Source: Camelus dromedarius (taxonomy: Eukaryota). From it: DNA of 64,000 nt. The DNA lies in contig NC_087454.1 in the NCBI RefSeq assembly GCF_036321535.1, positions 27,714,001 to 27,778,000 of the forward strand, in the 5' to 3' direction. Shown here piece by piece: positions 12,603 to 26,410 of this stretch. Under the pieces are notes generated by a model. It had not been told where the DNA came from, did not search any database, and saw nothing but the letters and a program-made list of their open reading frames with translations. Position numbers and translations under genes: made by a program. Within the stretch, counting starts at the first letter, position 1. Each line of letters starts with the position of its first letter.

Positions 12603-13949
12603 GGGTATTAATGACCACTCCCAGGGGCCTGAGGGGTCAGCCCAGCTCTTGGAGAGAGATACCTGCCCCTTCTATCTGCTCGATTTTAAATCCCAGGTTA
12701 GCACGTCTAGAAAGTAGCGTGGGGCATCTGAGGCAGTGACTTGAACCCTCAGGAGACAGGGAGCCTTACAGGGGGTTCTGCGGAGCTGGGGAGCACCCCT
12801 AGGCACTGTGGTGAGCAGTGACCACCTCAGGAGGCACATCTGGTACCTGCTGTCTGTCGCCCCTATTGGACTGTGAGCTCCCGGAGGGCTGGGCCCACCC
12901 ACGGTGAGAACCAGATGTTTGCAGACCCGGCCACCAGGACCACTCCACATCCTCCTCGCATCTGCTCCACACTGCCCCAGGTCCTGCCTCAGCTTCCCCA
13001 GACTCGCCACCACCACCACCACCGTCCCTCTTCTGTCCCTGGCCTTCCTGGAGTAGCCCACGTGTGAGTCTGAGGGTGGCCTGGTCTGGCAGGTGGAGCC
13101 TGGCCCTGGATGAGGCTCCTCTCCATCCGCCTCCGGCCACCTGTCCAGAGCACTCACTCCCTTCCAGACAGCTGGAGAGCGGCCCCAGAGCCTCCAGTGA
13201 AGGCAGCGGGCGGGTGTGGGAAGGTTCTAAGGGACCTGAGCCAAGGCTGAGGGGAGGCCCTTCTCTCTGATGGGGATGCTGAGTGTGCATGTGTGGGGGT
13301 GGGGGGAGGCACTCGGGAGAAGTGGGAATTGGGGGTGGGGTCAGAGAATGGAATGCGGAGTTCATCCTCCTGGGGGCACAGCTGTTTATTTTGATCTTCT
13401 CTGTCAGCTGCTGCATATTCCTTATCTTGGGGCTCAATCCAGACTCCACCTCCTTCCCTGTTGCTGAGCTGCAGAAGGCAGATACTGTGGGATGCAGTCC
13501 TGCTCTCTGCTCTCCCCACCTTCGTTTCCTGATGCTCCAAGGGGCTAAAAGGGACAAGGAGGAAGCAGGCCCTCCAAAGAAATGCCTGCTCCCTACTTCA
13601 GACCCCCTCTGTGCCCATCCCTGGGTAGCTGGGTCTTGAAAATGAGTCATCACATGTCAGACCCACCCCCAACAGCCATGACAACCTGACTTGTCCCCCA
13701 GAGTTGCCGGGATATTTCAGCTTTATTGGTGCTGCAGGACTTGAAGGGTAGACAGATAGTCCTGGCTTAGCTGGTAGCTTGACGCAGTGGCAGCTGTCAC
13801 CTCCTAGGTCACACCAGGCCCTCCTCTGGGCTGTCACACTGTACTCCTCACGCCAACTTTTTACTTGGCACCTACTGTCTCCAATGAGATGCTATGAAAA
13901 CAAAAAGACTGTTTTTCTATATACTTATGAAAACACAACTCATGACTTG

Positions 13950-14480
13950 TTTTGCATTTCTCTCGTTATTACAGAACTGGAACATTTAGAAAAGAGGGAA
14001 AAAGTAAAGAAAAAATCACCCATAGTTCTACTGCACAAAAAAAAAACTGCTGCTAACATCTTGATGTATTTTCTTCAAGTCTTTTGTCTGTGTGTGTGTA
14101 TAAAATGTGTAGTTGTAAATACACTTCAAGTACAATTTTGTATCCTGATTTTTTTTCCCTAATATATAGGTAACTTCGGTGATATCAATTTTTTGCAATT
14201 GACATTTCTAATGGCTACCTTATATTCCATTTAATAGATATAGTATACGTTGCTTAACCATGCTCTACTGGGAGGCACTTCAATTGCTCCAAATTATGGT
14301 CACTGTACATAATAACACTCTGATGAAAATCATCATGGACAAAATTTTTTGCACATTTAGAATTAAGTTAGGGTAGAGCCTGGGAAGTGGGCTTATGAAG
14401 GCAGAGGGTCAGAATTTTTGGGAAGCATTTGATTTTGATACCTTTAGCCAAACTGCTTTCTGAAGGGAGAATTTACCACA
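13950..14480 (-). mobile_element. Ancient L1ME-like fragment
   Basis: ctgctgctaacatcttgatgtattttcttcaag...tggctaccttatattccattt...ccaaactgctttc. Confidence 0.6.
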
Positions 14481-14569
14481 TGGCAAGGCCACTAGCAGGC
14501 AAGAACACGCCCACTCAGATCCACTATCGTGTAGGGACACCGCTCACCATTAGATGTCCTTTCATGTGC

Positions 14570-14935
14570 CTACATTGTGTTACCTTCCGTAGACTATTCT
14601 TTTTGGCTACTGAACATACAGCCCCCTTCCCAACAGCACTGTTGGGAAGTTACCTCTCTGCTGCTGCAAATCCAGGAGCCAGCCTGCCTGATCTGCACCA
14701 TGGAAACTGGAGGGGTGGGTCTGTCCATTGCCACCAGGCCTGGCCAGGCAGAGGTGACTGGTCTGTCCTTCTGCCCAGCCCTCAGGCACTTTGTCAGTTA
14801 CTGCCCATTTCCAAAATTTCCAGCCTTTCTGGTAAGTCCATGGGTTACTAACTTTCTTCCGATAAGTTCCTTTTGCCTTATATCAGGCAATCTGTTTCTG
14901 TTGCTAACAGAACCTTAAAAAAACTAACTGATACC
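14570..14935 (+). mobile_element. Ancient ERVL/MaLR-type LTR fragment (LTR33/MLT1-like)
   Basis: Ends ttccgataagttccttttgcc...tgtttctgttgctaacagaacc...aactgatac. Confidence 0.5.
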
Positions 14936-15999
14936 TCATCAACTTAGTATTTTTTCAATTTGCAAGTCAGGATGCTTTACTGGGTCATGAAATCATGAAG
15001 CTAATCTTGACCAGCAATTTTAAAATATGAAACAACAGGATGAAAAAGAAAATATGAAAAGCACATCACCTGGAATAAGGGTAAACACTATCTAGTGAGT
15101 GAAACTTGTTTGTTGTATGTATACACACGTATATGTGTATTTGTAGGCGTGTGTATGAAATGAGTTAAAATGAAAACATTGCCCTAACTGAACTTGAGTT
15201 CCTGAGAACAAAGTACAATAAAGAGCAATCTCTCCTAGATGTTTTTTATATTCCTCCCCAAATCTTTAGTACCTAGGAAAAAGTACTTCCTTGCCAAGAA
15301 GTATATTTTAAGGTCCACCCACTATTTTCTATTAATAGCTTGACATCTCCTCCTACCCTTTATTTGATGATACTTAATGATAATGGACATCTTTTCCTCC
15401 TGGTCTTCAAATTTCTGTTAATGGCACCAACTCACCCAGGCTGAAATATCGTGGGGTAGTCCTTGCGTTCTCCTCCATTCATTTACCAACCACCTACTGT
15501 AGCCTAGTAGGAAAGAAGGCGAACAAGCAGCAAACTCCAACATATGGCAACATCCTTCATCTTAGAAGTAGGCATGGCGCCTAACGGGGGAAGGGCTGAG
15601 CAGTTTCACAAGGTAGATGACTCTTCACACCTTCCTCCCAAATAACTACCAAGTTTTATTGCTGCTACCTTGAAAACATTTTGCCAAATCACCCCCTCGT
15701 TTCCATTTCTACTTCATCACCTTCATCACCCTAGTTTCCATCCTTTTTCTTCTGTGTAGACTCTTTCTTGTCTACCATCCTAGAAATCAGTTCTGATCAT
15801 GTCACTTCTTTGCTCAAAAGCCCTCAATGGCTCCTCATGACCTGCCATGTAAGTTCAAACACTCCAACCCAACACTGTTGGCTTGGCTTCTCCACCACTG
15901 CCCCAAAGTTTCTAGCTCTATGTCCCACTAAGCCAGCCATCCCCTAGACCAGTCTGCAAGGTCCTGCCTTCCCAACCACATATCAGTGTGGGGCCTGAT

Positions 16000-16133
16000 N
16001 NNNNNNNNNNNNNNNNNNNNNNNNNNNNNNNNNNNNNNNNNNNNNNNNNNNNNNNNNNNNNNNNNNNNNNNNNNNNNNNNNNNNNNNNNNNNNNNNNNNN
16101 NNNNNNNNNNNNNNNNNNNNNNNNNNNNNNNNN
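16000..16133. other. N-run (134 nt)
   Basis: Directly visible. Confidence 1.
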
Positions 16134-16597
16134 AATATTTTTTGTTTTGGAAAACACAGTTATCATTTTATAAAAATTATGATGCTATTAACGTGCAATA
16201 CATTTTTATTGTTACTTTAAAGGAATTAATAAGTCTTTTTAAAATTTCTCATTTCATAGTTCTTATTAGAAAGTAAACGTCAGTAGCTACAATTTTCAAA
16301 AACAAAAGCTCTCTGGGATCCTCAATAATTTTTCAAGGTGTAATGTGGTCCTGAGGCCAGAAAGTTTGAGAGCTGCTGCCTTAGATCCGACATGTCAGTT
16401 TAAGCAGACACAGGGTCTTCGGAATGCCCCAGCCCTCTCCCCGCACTCAGGTTTTACTTCCCTGCCCCAGTGTGTTGCTGGAGTTTTTAAAACCATTTAA
16501 AAAACAAGAAGTGGTCATATGAAGAATAATCATTGTTAGAGAAATAACTGATTATAGAAACAGCCATGAATCATTTTAGCATCAATAATAATATAAA

Positions 16598-16682
16598 ATG
16601 ACTGAAAAATTGTGCTGTATACCAGAAATGGACACAACATTGTATACTGACTATAACGCAATAAAAATATAAATAAATAAAT
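16598..16682 (+). mobile_element. Very short L1 3' tail
   Basis: actgaaaaattgtgctgtataccagaaatggacacaacattgtatactgactataacgcaataaaaa. Confidence 0.7.
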
Positions 16683-18200
16683 GCAGTTTGCATTATAAAA
16701 AATTTAAAATTATAATAATATAAAGAATAAATAAGCCTAAGAATCACCATTGAAATAAGAATTGAAAAATGATTATTTCTATAATACGGCTTTCAGTAAA
16801 AAACTCAGAAAGTCAGAAAAGTAACAAGACACGAGGGCAACCACCATTTAAGATTGCTCCTGAATATTTTTGCATCAAGTGCACTCCTCTTTCATTTTCT
16901 CAAATGGCACCTCTGAGGAGAAATTCCTGGTTAATCCATCCACGAGCAACTGCTCCTTCCTCCAGATTCCGGCAGCACTGCCACTCAAACCTTTCTCGCA
17001 GCCCAGGAAGACCATAAGAGCCCACGAGTACATGCATACTGAATTCTTAAATGTGCACATTAAAGTGTCACAAATTCAGTCATATCTACTGCAGGAGATG
17101 CCAGCCAGCTGCAGAAACCTACCTATTGTTCATACAATGTGGGCTCCTATCCCAAACTCAGCACGATGTTCAACCAAAGACCCGGCCATCTGTTCCAGTG
17201 AAAACTGGCTATGCTAGAGATTCTTAGAGATGGGAGACAATGCCCAAACTACACATACTGTGCTTTATGAGCTGTTTAAGGGGACTTTAAAAGTAATGTT
17301 GATGTGTGTTTTGTTTTCACACTGACTTTAAACCCAACATGGTATAAAATGTAGCTCTACTGTAAATGAGGAATGGACAAGACCTCTGAGACTTATCGAT
17401 GTTGTTGGAGGCATACACCAGGTGGGTGAGCCCATGAGCCCTACACCGTGCTGTCCTGTCCTCTGGGCAGGGTACCAGGCCTCCACCCCGAGTGGGGTTG
17501 CTGCCCATTTTGGGATGGAGTATCTTGAAGGTGAAGGTTGCAGGTCCAGCACTAGGACCCATATTAACCACCAACGCCAGAGGTGTGCCCGCAGCCGCTG
17601 CTCTGGTGCCACACCCTTGCCAAAGCCTGAGACTCGGGGAGAGAAACGGAGAGGAAAATGAGCATGGGGCGGGGAGGGGGGAGGACGAAGGAAAAGCTTG
17701 TTTGCAGCACTGCCGCAGTTAGGGCGGCTGTGGTTGCGTTGATTCATCAAGGCTCCCCAGAAAGGTCAGGGCCCCAGCCCCACCTAGCAGAGCTCACATT
17801 GCCACCACCCACTCCTGCTTCCTGGGGAGGGTGCAGCACCTGACTTGCCTGCTGGGGCAGGGCGGGGCCCTCCTTGCTCCCTCCCTTCCACCTTGCTTGG
17901 CTTGGGGGACAACCCTGCAGCTCTAGCCAAGAGCACTAAGGGATAGAGGAGGCCCTGGGCTTGCCTGGGGGACATGTATCCACACCACCACACCTCCACA
18001 GAGACACGCACATCACACACAGATACACCGTCACCCACAGAGGCAGCTCAGGGGCCTACCAGCCTGCTCTACCCGTCCTGATGCTGTGTTCAGGACATCT
18101 CAACAGGGAACCTGATGTCACCTCACACTCCCCCTGCTGGGGGGGCACAGGTACATACGCACGCACGCGCGCACACACAGTGTGCATGAAAAGTCTGACT

Positions 18201-18335
18201 GCAGCGAAAAGAAATGTGACAATGAATATACGTATGTTCATGTATAACTGAAAAATTGTGCTCTACACTGGAGTTTGACACAACATTGTAGAATGACTAT
18301 AACTCAATACAAAAATGTTTTAAAAAAGGAAAAAA
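18201..18335 (+). mobile_element. Short L1 3' tail (about 135 nt), young camelid-type subfamily
   Basis: TSD gaaaagtc(t/g)gact at 18188-18200 and 18336-18348; near-identical to 57642-57775. Confidence 0.88.
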
Positions 18336-18374
18336 GAAAAGTCGGACTCTGGACAGAGTATTCTCACCTGCCAG

Positions 18375-18490
18375 GCTCTCAACAGACTGGCTGTATGACC
18401 TTGGGCAAGTTACATAACCTCTGTGCCTCAGTTTCCTCATCTGCAAAATAAGGCAACCTCAGGGGATTCTTGTGAGGAATAAATGAGACA
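18375..18490 (+). mobile_element. MIR
   Basis: gctgtatgaccttgggcaagttacataacctctgtgcctcagtttcctcatctgcaaaata. Confidence 0.85.
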
Positions 18491-19554
18491 TGAGTAGAGA
18501 AACATGCATATTGATTATGACCTCACTTATTTACACACGGTACATGTTATATGTTCGGACTTCCAACAGCCCCTGGCACACAGAAACATTGTGCAAAGAT
18601 ATGTTCTTAGTACCCCCAATGTCTTCACAGCCACATGCCCAGGAAGCGAAGAGGGTTTGGAAAAAATCCACACGATAGATTCCTATAAGGTATACCCAGA
18701 ATGACTCCCAGAAGCTGCGGTAGGAGAAGCAGGGGAGAAGTAGGACTTTTGAGGACCACCCAGGAGGCACCAAGCTCACGTTCAGTGGCTGTAAAGAGTT
18801 TTGAACTAGAACCCAAGGGGCTGGGCCTGGGCAGAAAAAGACTCAGTTTCCTTGGAGATCAAGGGACCCGAGAGGAAAAGCTCTGCCTGGTCCTAAAGGC
18901 AGAATTCTAAGAAAAGATGGTGGCTGTCCCTAAGACCAGCAGGTACCAGCTGACTGGAAAGAAAAAACAGAGAGGACTGGGGTGAAACTAGAATGTTCTA
19001 TGCCCTGGTCTATGCACAGCCACCTGGTACATCTAAAGAGTTTACAACCCCAAGATCCTCTCACTGTGATGAAAATAGATTCCACCTCTGAAGAGTCTCC
19101 AATCTGTGGTTCTGCAGTAGATCCCGCTTAGAGAAAAGGGAACAGGGCTGTAAGGAAAGGAAAAAGCAGCCGTGACTGCAGAGGGCCCGCTCGGCGCTGA
19201 GAGGACCAGCATTCTTCCTTCCATGATTCAAAGACAGCTTGTAAGATCCACTTGCCAGAGAGGAGGAAATCCTCCTCGGGGTCTTATTAGAGCTGATTCC
19301 TCAGCACGCAGCAGAGTCAGCTTAATAAACCGGAGCTTAGGACAAAGAGTCTGTGAAGAACAGACAGATGCCTCCCTGGGGACAGGCAGCCTGGGGGGCC
19401 AGCTGTGCCCCCTCCTCCCACCCTCCACCCTCCACCCTCCTCCACCAGCCCTCTCCTCCTCCCACAGCCTCTAACACCTCCAGCTAGAGCCCAAGTTGGA
19501 GCCCAGGGTCTGCATCTGTCGGAGGCCCTGCTCCCGCTTCCTTTCCCAGAACTC

Positions 19555-19572
19555 GGGGGGGGGGGGGGGGGG
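19555..19572 (+). repeat. G18 homopolymer
   Basis: 18 consecutive G. Confidence 0.95.
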
Positions 19573-21809
19573 CCGGGGGAGGGGGCAGGAGGCGCAGCCC
19601 GGAGGGAAGAAGAGAGAGAACAGGAGGGAGGGAGAGTTGGAGCAGGCGAAGCTGGGGCCAGAACTGGGAATTTCTGGGCCAGTCCCAATTTCAAGTGTTC
19701 TGTCCAACTGTCTGACCACAGGTCAGAACTTGGGGGCCGATTTTTATTCTAGAAGAAACGATGAATTGAAGTCGTAGGTGGGATGGTGAGGAAAGAAACC
19801 AGGGCTGCCGCCTTGTTTGGGGACAGCCCCCATGCCAGCCAAGGGAGCTCGGTCTGGAGATGACTATGACAACAATACAGTGACAGAGGCACCACGTATA
19901 AGGGTGCATGACGTGCTTGGCACTTGGCATTTATTATCTCCCAAGCCTAGTGCAGACGTGGGCCCTGAAGCCTCAGCCCCTTACTCTGTGTAATCACTCT
20001 GTGCCTCAGTTTCCTGGCCCATAAAGGCATAAGACAGTGCCTCCCTCACAGAGCTGCTGTGAGAACACAAGCCACACTTGGCAGACTGTAAGCATTCAAC
20101 GAGTTTCAGCACGATCAACCCTCACAAGGACCCAGGGAGGCAGGGTTATGCCTCCTTGACAGGCCAGGAAACTGAGTTTCACTCAGCCAGAAAGGAGCCG
20201 AGCTAGGACTCAAACAGGGTGGTTTCTGCACAGAGCCCAGGCTCTCTCAGCCACTCCACGGGAGGGAGCGTGGGCTAGTGGTCATGTGTGCCAACTTTAC
20301 AGCCAAATGGCCTCGTCAGACTTGCAGCTCAGCCACTGTCCAGCTGTGTGAATGGAAGCCAGCTGCTTAACTCTCGCTGCCTTGGTTTGCACTTCTATAA
20401 AACGGGCGTGTTCTAACTCACACAGTTGTAGGCCGGGTGGGGGTACCGGAGTTCCTAAGTGCTTGGAACACTGCTGGCTGTGGCCTCTTTCACTGGGCCT
20501 GGCCTCCATGGCGCTCTCTGGCCACAGGGCTTTTGTGATTGTAACTGCACTCTCTGTTCCAGCACATGCGCAGCCCCACCTGCTGTGTCCCTGGGGCCCC
20601 AGTGGTTCTGGGCCTTTCTAAAGGTCTAAGGAAACAGATCTGGGCCAACAAACAAGGCACCAAGCAACCCCTCTCCTGCCCCGCCTTCCTAGGGACATCG
20701 CCTGGGCCCAGGCTCTCTCTCCTTAGGAGTGGCTCTCCCAGGGGGAGACTGAAGGAGGGTGGGAGAACTGGTCAAGCTGCTGAGGGCAAAAAGTTTCCCA
20801 GAGGTGCAGCTTTTGAGGACCTTAACGGAGAGGATATGACATGGGTGCCATGCCTTTGAAGGCTACGAAAGGCCATGCCCGTGAGGGCTGCTGGTCTTGC
20901 CCTCTGTCCTGAACGTGGGTCCTTCTACCTCCAGGGCAAAGGAACGTCGGCCAGGGGAAAGAGGAGGGGAGAGAGGGGATCCCTGACTTGGAGAAGAGAG
21001 CCTGCCCAGGAGTTGAGGCCTGCATGTTCTGGCCTAAGCCTGAAGGAGACCAGAGAGCGCATTTTATGGGGGCTGTGCTGGATCAAATGTGGCTCTCTGG
21101 GCCCTGGTGTGTAGATAGCTGGAGATGGCGTTGGGGAAAGGCCCCAGGAAACCAGCTGGTGGCTGAAGGACCAGGGGGCGCTCCTTACCGCATCAAGCTG
21201 CCCCTGGAGTGACATGCTGGGCAACAGCCCCACCTGGTGGACAGATGGGTAACACCACGGGTCAGGGAGCCAGGGAACAGAGACTCAGCGGAAGGGGGAA
21301 GTGGATGTAATCGCGTGGGAGGCTTAGAGGTGGAAGGGGCTTTGAGGGCTTAGAGTTGCAGGAGCCCCTCCTAAGCACATACTCTAGACTCCTCTAGACG
21401 AGGAACTCACTTCTGCAGAAGCGGATTAGGCAATTAAATTTTCTAGATAGTCTTTATGCTTTTTGAAAATCTGCCTCGACCAGTCCCCTATCTGAGGTCT
21501 TCCAAATGCAACCTTTCAAATGTTTGAACACATCTAAAATATTCCTCTTAAATCGTCTCCCCCTTTGCTTCAAACTTCCAGAGTTTGACCTCAACTTTTC
21601 ACCCACTGCATCTTCCCTTCCCTCACTTATCCTTTTTAAATATATTAACTTCCAAGGAATCCCTTCCAAGTCTATACCCAAGCCCCCCGCCGCCCCACAC
21701 TAGCAGCACCATTATTAAAATCTCTCTGGAGCTCAGCCTCCTATTGTGCAGGGTCTAGTATGCTGGGGAAGTCGATGTCCTGCTTTGGGGGTTAAACAGA
21801 CCTCAGGAG

Positions 21810-21995
21810 CACAGGCCCTGAAGTCAGACAGACAAGTGTTCAAATCTGGGCTCTGCCACTTACTAGCTGTGTAACCTCAGGCAAGTTTCTTAGCCTTTCT
21901 GGGCTTCAGTTTCTTAATCTGTAAACTGGGGCAGAGTCATTTACTACCAGGAGTTACGGTGAATATTAAATGAGATAAGGCAGGTAGAACACTTA
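21810..21995 (+). mobile_element. MIR
   Basis: gttcaaatctgggctctgccacttactagctgtgtaacctcaggcaagtt...attaaatgagataag. Confidence 0.85.
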
Positions 21996-23364
21996 GGGCA
22001 GCTCCTGGCCACATCATTCAGCTCCTAAGTGGCCGTTATAACCACATTTTCTTGAGTTTGGGGCTGTGGGAGTGCTTTGGGGAAGAGAAAGGTGAAAGGG
22101 CAGAGAGACAGAGAAAAAGAGACTTTATGGAGTCAGCCAGCCTTTCCTCACCAGCACGAATCCCACACGAAATCCAACAAATGAGTACCATGTTGTGGTC
22201 CCACTTCCAGGGGTGTCTCTGACTCCCCCAACACACCCACACACTGCACACACTGGAATGGGGCAGGTCTTGACAGCTCTTTGAAACTCAGAGGGTTTAA
22301 AATTTAAATGTCTTTGAGGGCAAGAAAAACACACCAAAATAAACACACCTACCACTCAGCAGAGAAAGGGAAACTTGGCAGGAGCCCCAGAACTTTCCCC
22401 ACCCCCAACCCTCCCTAAACTTCCTCTTGTGGTTTCTCAAGAGAACAACCTGTTCTCGAAGAGTGGGGCGCCTGGGGCAGGGGGCTGGGGCTGCCAAGGC
22501 CTCCATCGCACCCCACCCTCTGAGGGGTGTGTGTGGGGGAGGAGTAGCCTGGAGATCTGAACAGTTCTGGCCTTCACGTCCTGCTTACCCTCAGCCTCAA
22601 CTCCCAGCATCAACACCCATTCCACCCAACACACACCCCTCCCTCAAAGACAGTCACTAGAGGCAGTTTGACTGCAGGCAGAGAGGGACAGCCTCAGGGC
22701 CTCCCCAGATCTGTTTGGAGGGCTCAGGTAAGAAACTTAGAGTTTCAGGAAATGGCTGGAATCCACAGAACCTCCGCCCTATGGCCTGGCTGGCGTCATA
22801 GGGAAGGTCCCAGGCTGCCTGGAGGGATGGGGTTGGATACGGAGATGCAGCTTTGGGATGCAGTTTTGGGATACAGCAGCTATGGGGAAGAGGAGCGAGC
22901 ATCTTAAGATTGCTTCCACCCCCTAACCATCTTCCTTACTCAGCTACCAGGCTGGATTGTTCCCCTCAGAACCTAGAATATGATGGTCTCTGCTCTTCTT
23001 AAAGACTCCCAACAAAAGGTGGATCTTGACTTCCTATCTCCCCAGATTCTGGCACACCACCTCCATGCATCTTTCTTGTGTCAAACCTTGGTTTGTTCCT
23101 CCTGGTGAGGGAGGCTTACTCAGGAAAAAACACGCACACACATACACACACAGGGCCATTAGGAAAGGGTACCAGCTCCGTGTGGTCCCCATAACCTTGC
23201 TGCAGGCCTTCTGGGGCTCCCTGTAAACAGCACCAGCGCCCGTGCTCAGCTAACAGATGCGCTCCTCTGTATCACCCAAGATACAAGACCACGGACTCCC
23301 TTTCAGAAACCCCTAAGTCTGACTCAAGTGTGCTCTCCATGTGGTCAGTCAAGGAGGCAGGCTA

Positions 23365-23585
23365 GCCTAATGGTTAGGAACAGGGCCTCCCAAGTCAAGT
23401 GACCTGGGTTTAAATCCCAATGCTGCCATTTATTTCTGGTGTCCTCTTTAGGAAAAGTATCAGCTCTGTGCCTGAGTTTCCTCATCTACAAAATGGAGAT
23501 AATCCTAATGCTTACCTCACAGGACTGTTAGGAGGATTAAATGAGACCCTATACTTAAAACATTTAGACGAGTACTGACAGTACT
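23365..23585 (+). mobile_element. MIR
   Basis: cctgggtttaaatcccaatgctgcca...gagtttcctcatctacaaaatggagataat...ggaggattaaatgag. Confidence 0.85.
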
Positions 23586-24279
23586 AGATAAGCCTCAGCC
23601 AGTATTCTGAACCCTTGAAGGAAGGAAATGGAGAGAAGGCATTTGGGACCACGGAGGTCATGGTCTCAAGGACTGGACAGAGACTAGGATCTTGCTGGGA
23701 TTCTCAGAGATGCTTTCAATTCTAAAGTCCAGGGGAGCAGAAGCTCTGATTAATTTACTGTTATGTCCCCAATGTTTTTTAGTCTGTGCAGACAGGGCGG
23801 TCACAGCAGACAGGTGCTGAGTGAATTCACAAACTCTTGTGTCAGCCATCTCTCAAGTGAGCCTGGGAACTGAAAGAGCAAAAAAGCTGCAGGAAAGCAA
23901 TGGGAGGTCCAGTTCTTTTCACTCATGTCAGGTCCAAAAGAGAATTGAGGTATGGGGCACAGAGCAAGGATTTGTTAGAGAAAACAGTCCTAGCAACCAG
24001 GGATGGGGAGTGAGTGCCCTAAGACTGTGTGAACTGTCACGTCACCCCCAGGTAGACTCTCCCAGCCGCACCTAGCTGGGAATTTCTGGGTTTTGAGGTA
24101 TCAGCCCAGAAATGTGCCTTTCCCTGAACCCACCCTGTTCATTCCCATTTCTTCTGTCTAGACAATGAGTTAAAGAGAGCAGAACTGCTTCTGGGTCCCC
24201 ATTGTATTCCAATGCGCAACACCACAGGCAGGGTTCACTCCAGCTCTGTATTATGAGTAAGTGCCCACAAAGACTTCCC

Positions 24280-24490
24280 ACCACTTCTCTGCCTGGTGAC
24301 TATTCATCATCCAGAACCCAACTCAAACGTCCTCTTCTCTCTGAAGCCTTTCCAGACACCCCAACTTGGCACCTTATCTCTGTTATTCTATCACCCACAT
24401 CAGAACTCTGTGGAGGAATAACATCATTGCACCCTCAGCATCCCATACAATCCTAGACATAAAGCAGGTTCTCAATCAATGTTTGCAAAC
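24280..24490 (+). mobile_element. L2 3' end
   Basis: aaacgtcctcttctctctgaagcctttcc...aagcaggttctcaatcaatgtttg. Confidence 0.6.
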
Positions 24491-25054
24491 GCATACATTA
24501 ATGCTCCCTTAGTAACAGCAACCAATTTCTTCAGTTAGTCCTCTTGTTGACACATTAAAAGACACAGAAAAGGCTAAGGCCATCATTTGTACACCCATCA
24601 GCACCAGAGGGACCACCACTGAGAAGTCCCTCCTCCAGTCCAGTCTTTTGGACTCCCTCCTCGGCCCTGGCTGACAGGAGGACCCCAAGGCTCCCTGCCC
24701 ACACTGGTTCTGCCCTCCTACTGCCTCCCACCCTGATCTCTGAGATACGAGAAGAACCATGGCAGACAGCCTAGTGAAGTCACTGGGCTTCCAGGTCAGC
24801 TTGGAGGGGGACTGTGTAGACATACAGAAATCTTAAGGCTTTGGGGGGCTTCTCTGCCCTTCAGCCACGTGCAACTCAGAGAGAAAGTGAGCCAATCTTG
24901 GAAGGACAACGGGGAGATGATGAGGGGGCGGTGACCTCCTTAACCCACCCACCTCTGACCCCAAGTCCGGGTGTCCAGCCTCAGTTTGGAGGCCCCAGCC
25001 ACACGAAGAGATGCTGACACCACGTATCTCAGCTTCTCCAGCCCTCAAGCCTAC

Positions 25055-25260
25055 CTCCTTGGCAGGTGAGCCCCCGGAGCACCGACTGTAGCCGGAGACA
25101 CTCTCTCTCGCCTCTTCTGGCCTCTGTCCTGGAGAGGAGGGGTGTCGCCACCTCCAGCCTCGCGGAGGGGCACGCGCCCCTCCCCCAGGCGTCCAAACAG
25201 AACCAGTCTCCACAGCCACAGGCACGACGTGTTTACAAAGTCTGCGCCGCGCCGCCAATC
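25055..25260 (-). other. Candidate distal non-coding first exon of CCND3 (5' end approximate)
   Basis: CpG-rich patch with a minus-strand donor GGAG|GTAGGC (intron starts at 25054), plus CCAAT (about 25255) and ETS caggaagtg (about 25277). The gene identity rests only on recalled human CCND3-TAF8 head-to-head synteny. Confidence 0.4.
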
Positions 25261-25634
25261 CCGAGTTTAAAGCTGGGCAGGAAGTGGGGAAGAGGGGGCG
25301 GGGGAGACAAAGGGGCTGGGTGCTGCGCTCAGCTAAGGTTTGGGCCCGACTCCTCCTGGCAGTTCACCAGGCGCAGCGACCGAGGTCTGAAGACCCCGCC
25401 CCATGTGCCCCAGGTTGGGGGGTGGGGATGCCCCGCAGACTCAGATGGGCACGGCGTGACAGGCGCTGCGCAAGTTTCCAGACACTGCTTGTGAACGTTT
25501 TCCACTCATCCACTCGCCACGCAGGAAATAACATTAGGCGCTGTTTCTTGATCTCTTACTCTACGTCTGCACAGTAACAAACCCTTTGCGTGTATTAGCT
25601 CATCTCCCCCCACCCCACCCCCCCGCTATCAATC

Positions 25635-25740
25635 CCACCCCAGTTTCACAAGAGGAAACTGAGGTACACTGAGGTCAGGTGATGTGCCCCAAGTCCCACA
25701 GGTGGCGAGACTGCTGGGATTCGAATCTAGCCTCTGCGTT
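25635..25740 (-). mobile_element. MIR inside the CpG-rich promoter region
   Basis: agaggaaactgaggtacactgaggtcaggtgatgtgccccaagtcccacag...gggattcgaatctagc. Confidence 0.75.
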
Positions 25741-26397
25741 CTACCAAGCACCCACAAACGGAGACAAATGAGGCGCGGTGCGCGAAGGACGCCCATCCAC
25801 AGGAGATGACCCGCGACTGAACTACAGAACACCACAGACACTGCGTGGACGCAACGTCCTGGGAGTGAGGAGGGCTAGGGACAGCCTCCTGCCGCCGGCG
25901 CCTCCCAGCTCGCCCCGCAAATCCCTGCGGATTAATTGAGGGCGAGAAGGCAGCAGGATGCAGTGGAACACCTGGACTAGGTGGCTGTTAGGCTCTAGTT
26001 CCAAGTGGGCCATTGGCGGGCTGCGGGGCCGCCAGCACAAAGCAAGGTTTCCCCAAATTTCCCGCTCAGGAGAAACACTTGGTTTAAGAATACAGACTCC
26101 CAGACCCTTCTTCCAGAGAGTAAACCACGGGGACCGGGGGGTACGCAGCCAGGTGTTGCTAACAATCAGGCAAGTTTGGAGCGTTCCAGGGATGCGCTTT
26201 TTATGAAAAACGATTTCACTCTAAAATAGGTGTGAAACCGAGGGCTCACTTTCCTGACCACTTCCGGGGCTCACTGAACCCATCGCTCACAAAAGGTCAC
26301 GTGAGCGGGGGTCACCAGACGCATCCCCCACCCGGCTGGGCCTCCGAAAGCCCAGAGGGGGGCGTGCTGCCCCGCCCCCTCGCCGCCCCGCCCCGTG

Positions 26398-26410
26398 ACT
26401 ACAAGTCCCA
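26398..26410 (+). promoter_or_regulatory. ZNF143/THAP11-type ACTACAnnTCCCA promoter motif
   Basis: ACTACAAGTCCCA ends 38 nt upstream of the TAF8 ATG; this motif class is typical of CpG-island and bidirectional promoters. Confidence 0.75.

Noticed and set aside
13006-13024. (CAC)n run giving HHHHH in ORF 12873-13067, and (CAG)4 near 38718
   Set aside because: Too short, non-coding context, expected by chance.
12799-13653. Longest ORF in the track (284 aa, minus strand) and other 100-200 aa ORFs outside TAF8 exons
   Set aside because: Low-complexity G/P/R/S-rich translations typical of GC-rich non-coding DNA, with overlapping ORFs in several frames, no recognisable domain and no splice-consistent model.
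1-25000. CCND3 coding exons
   Set aside because: No cyclin-box translation in any frame; only the intronic and promoter inference is retained.
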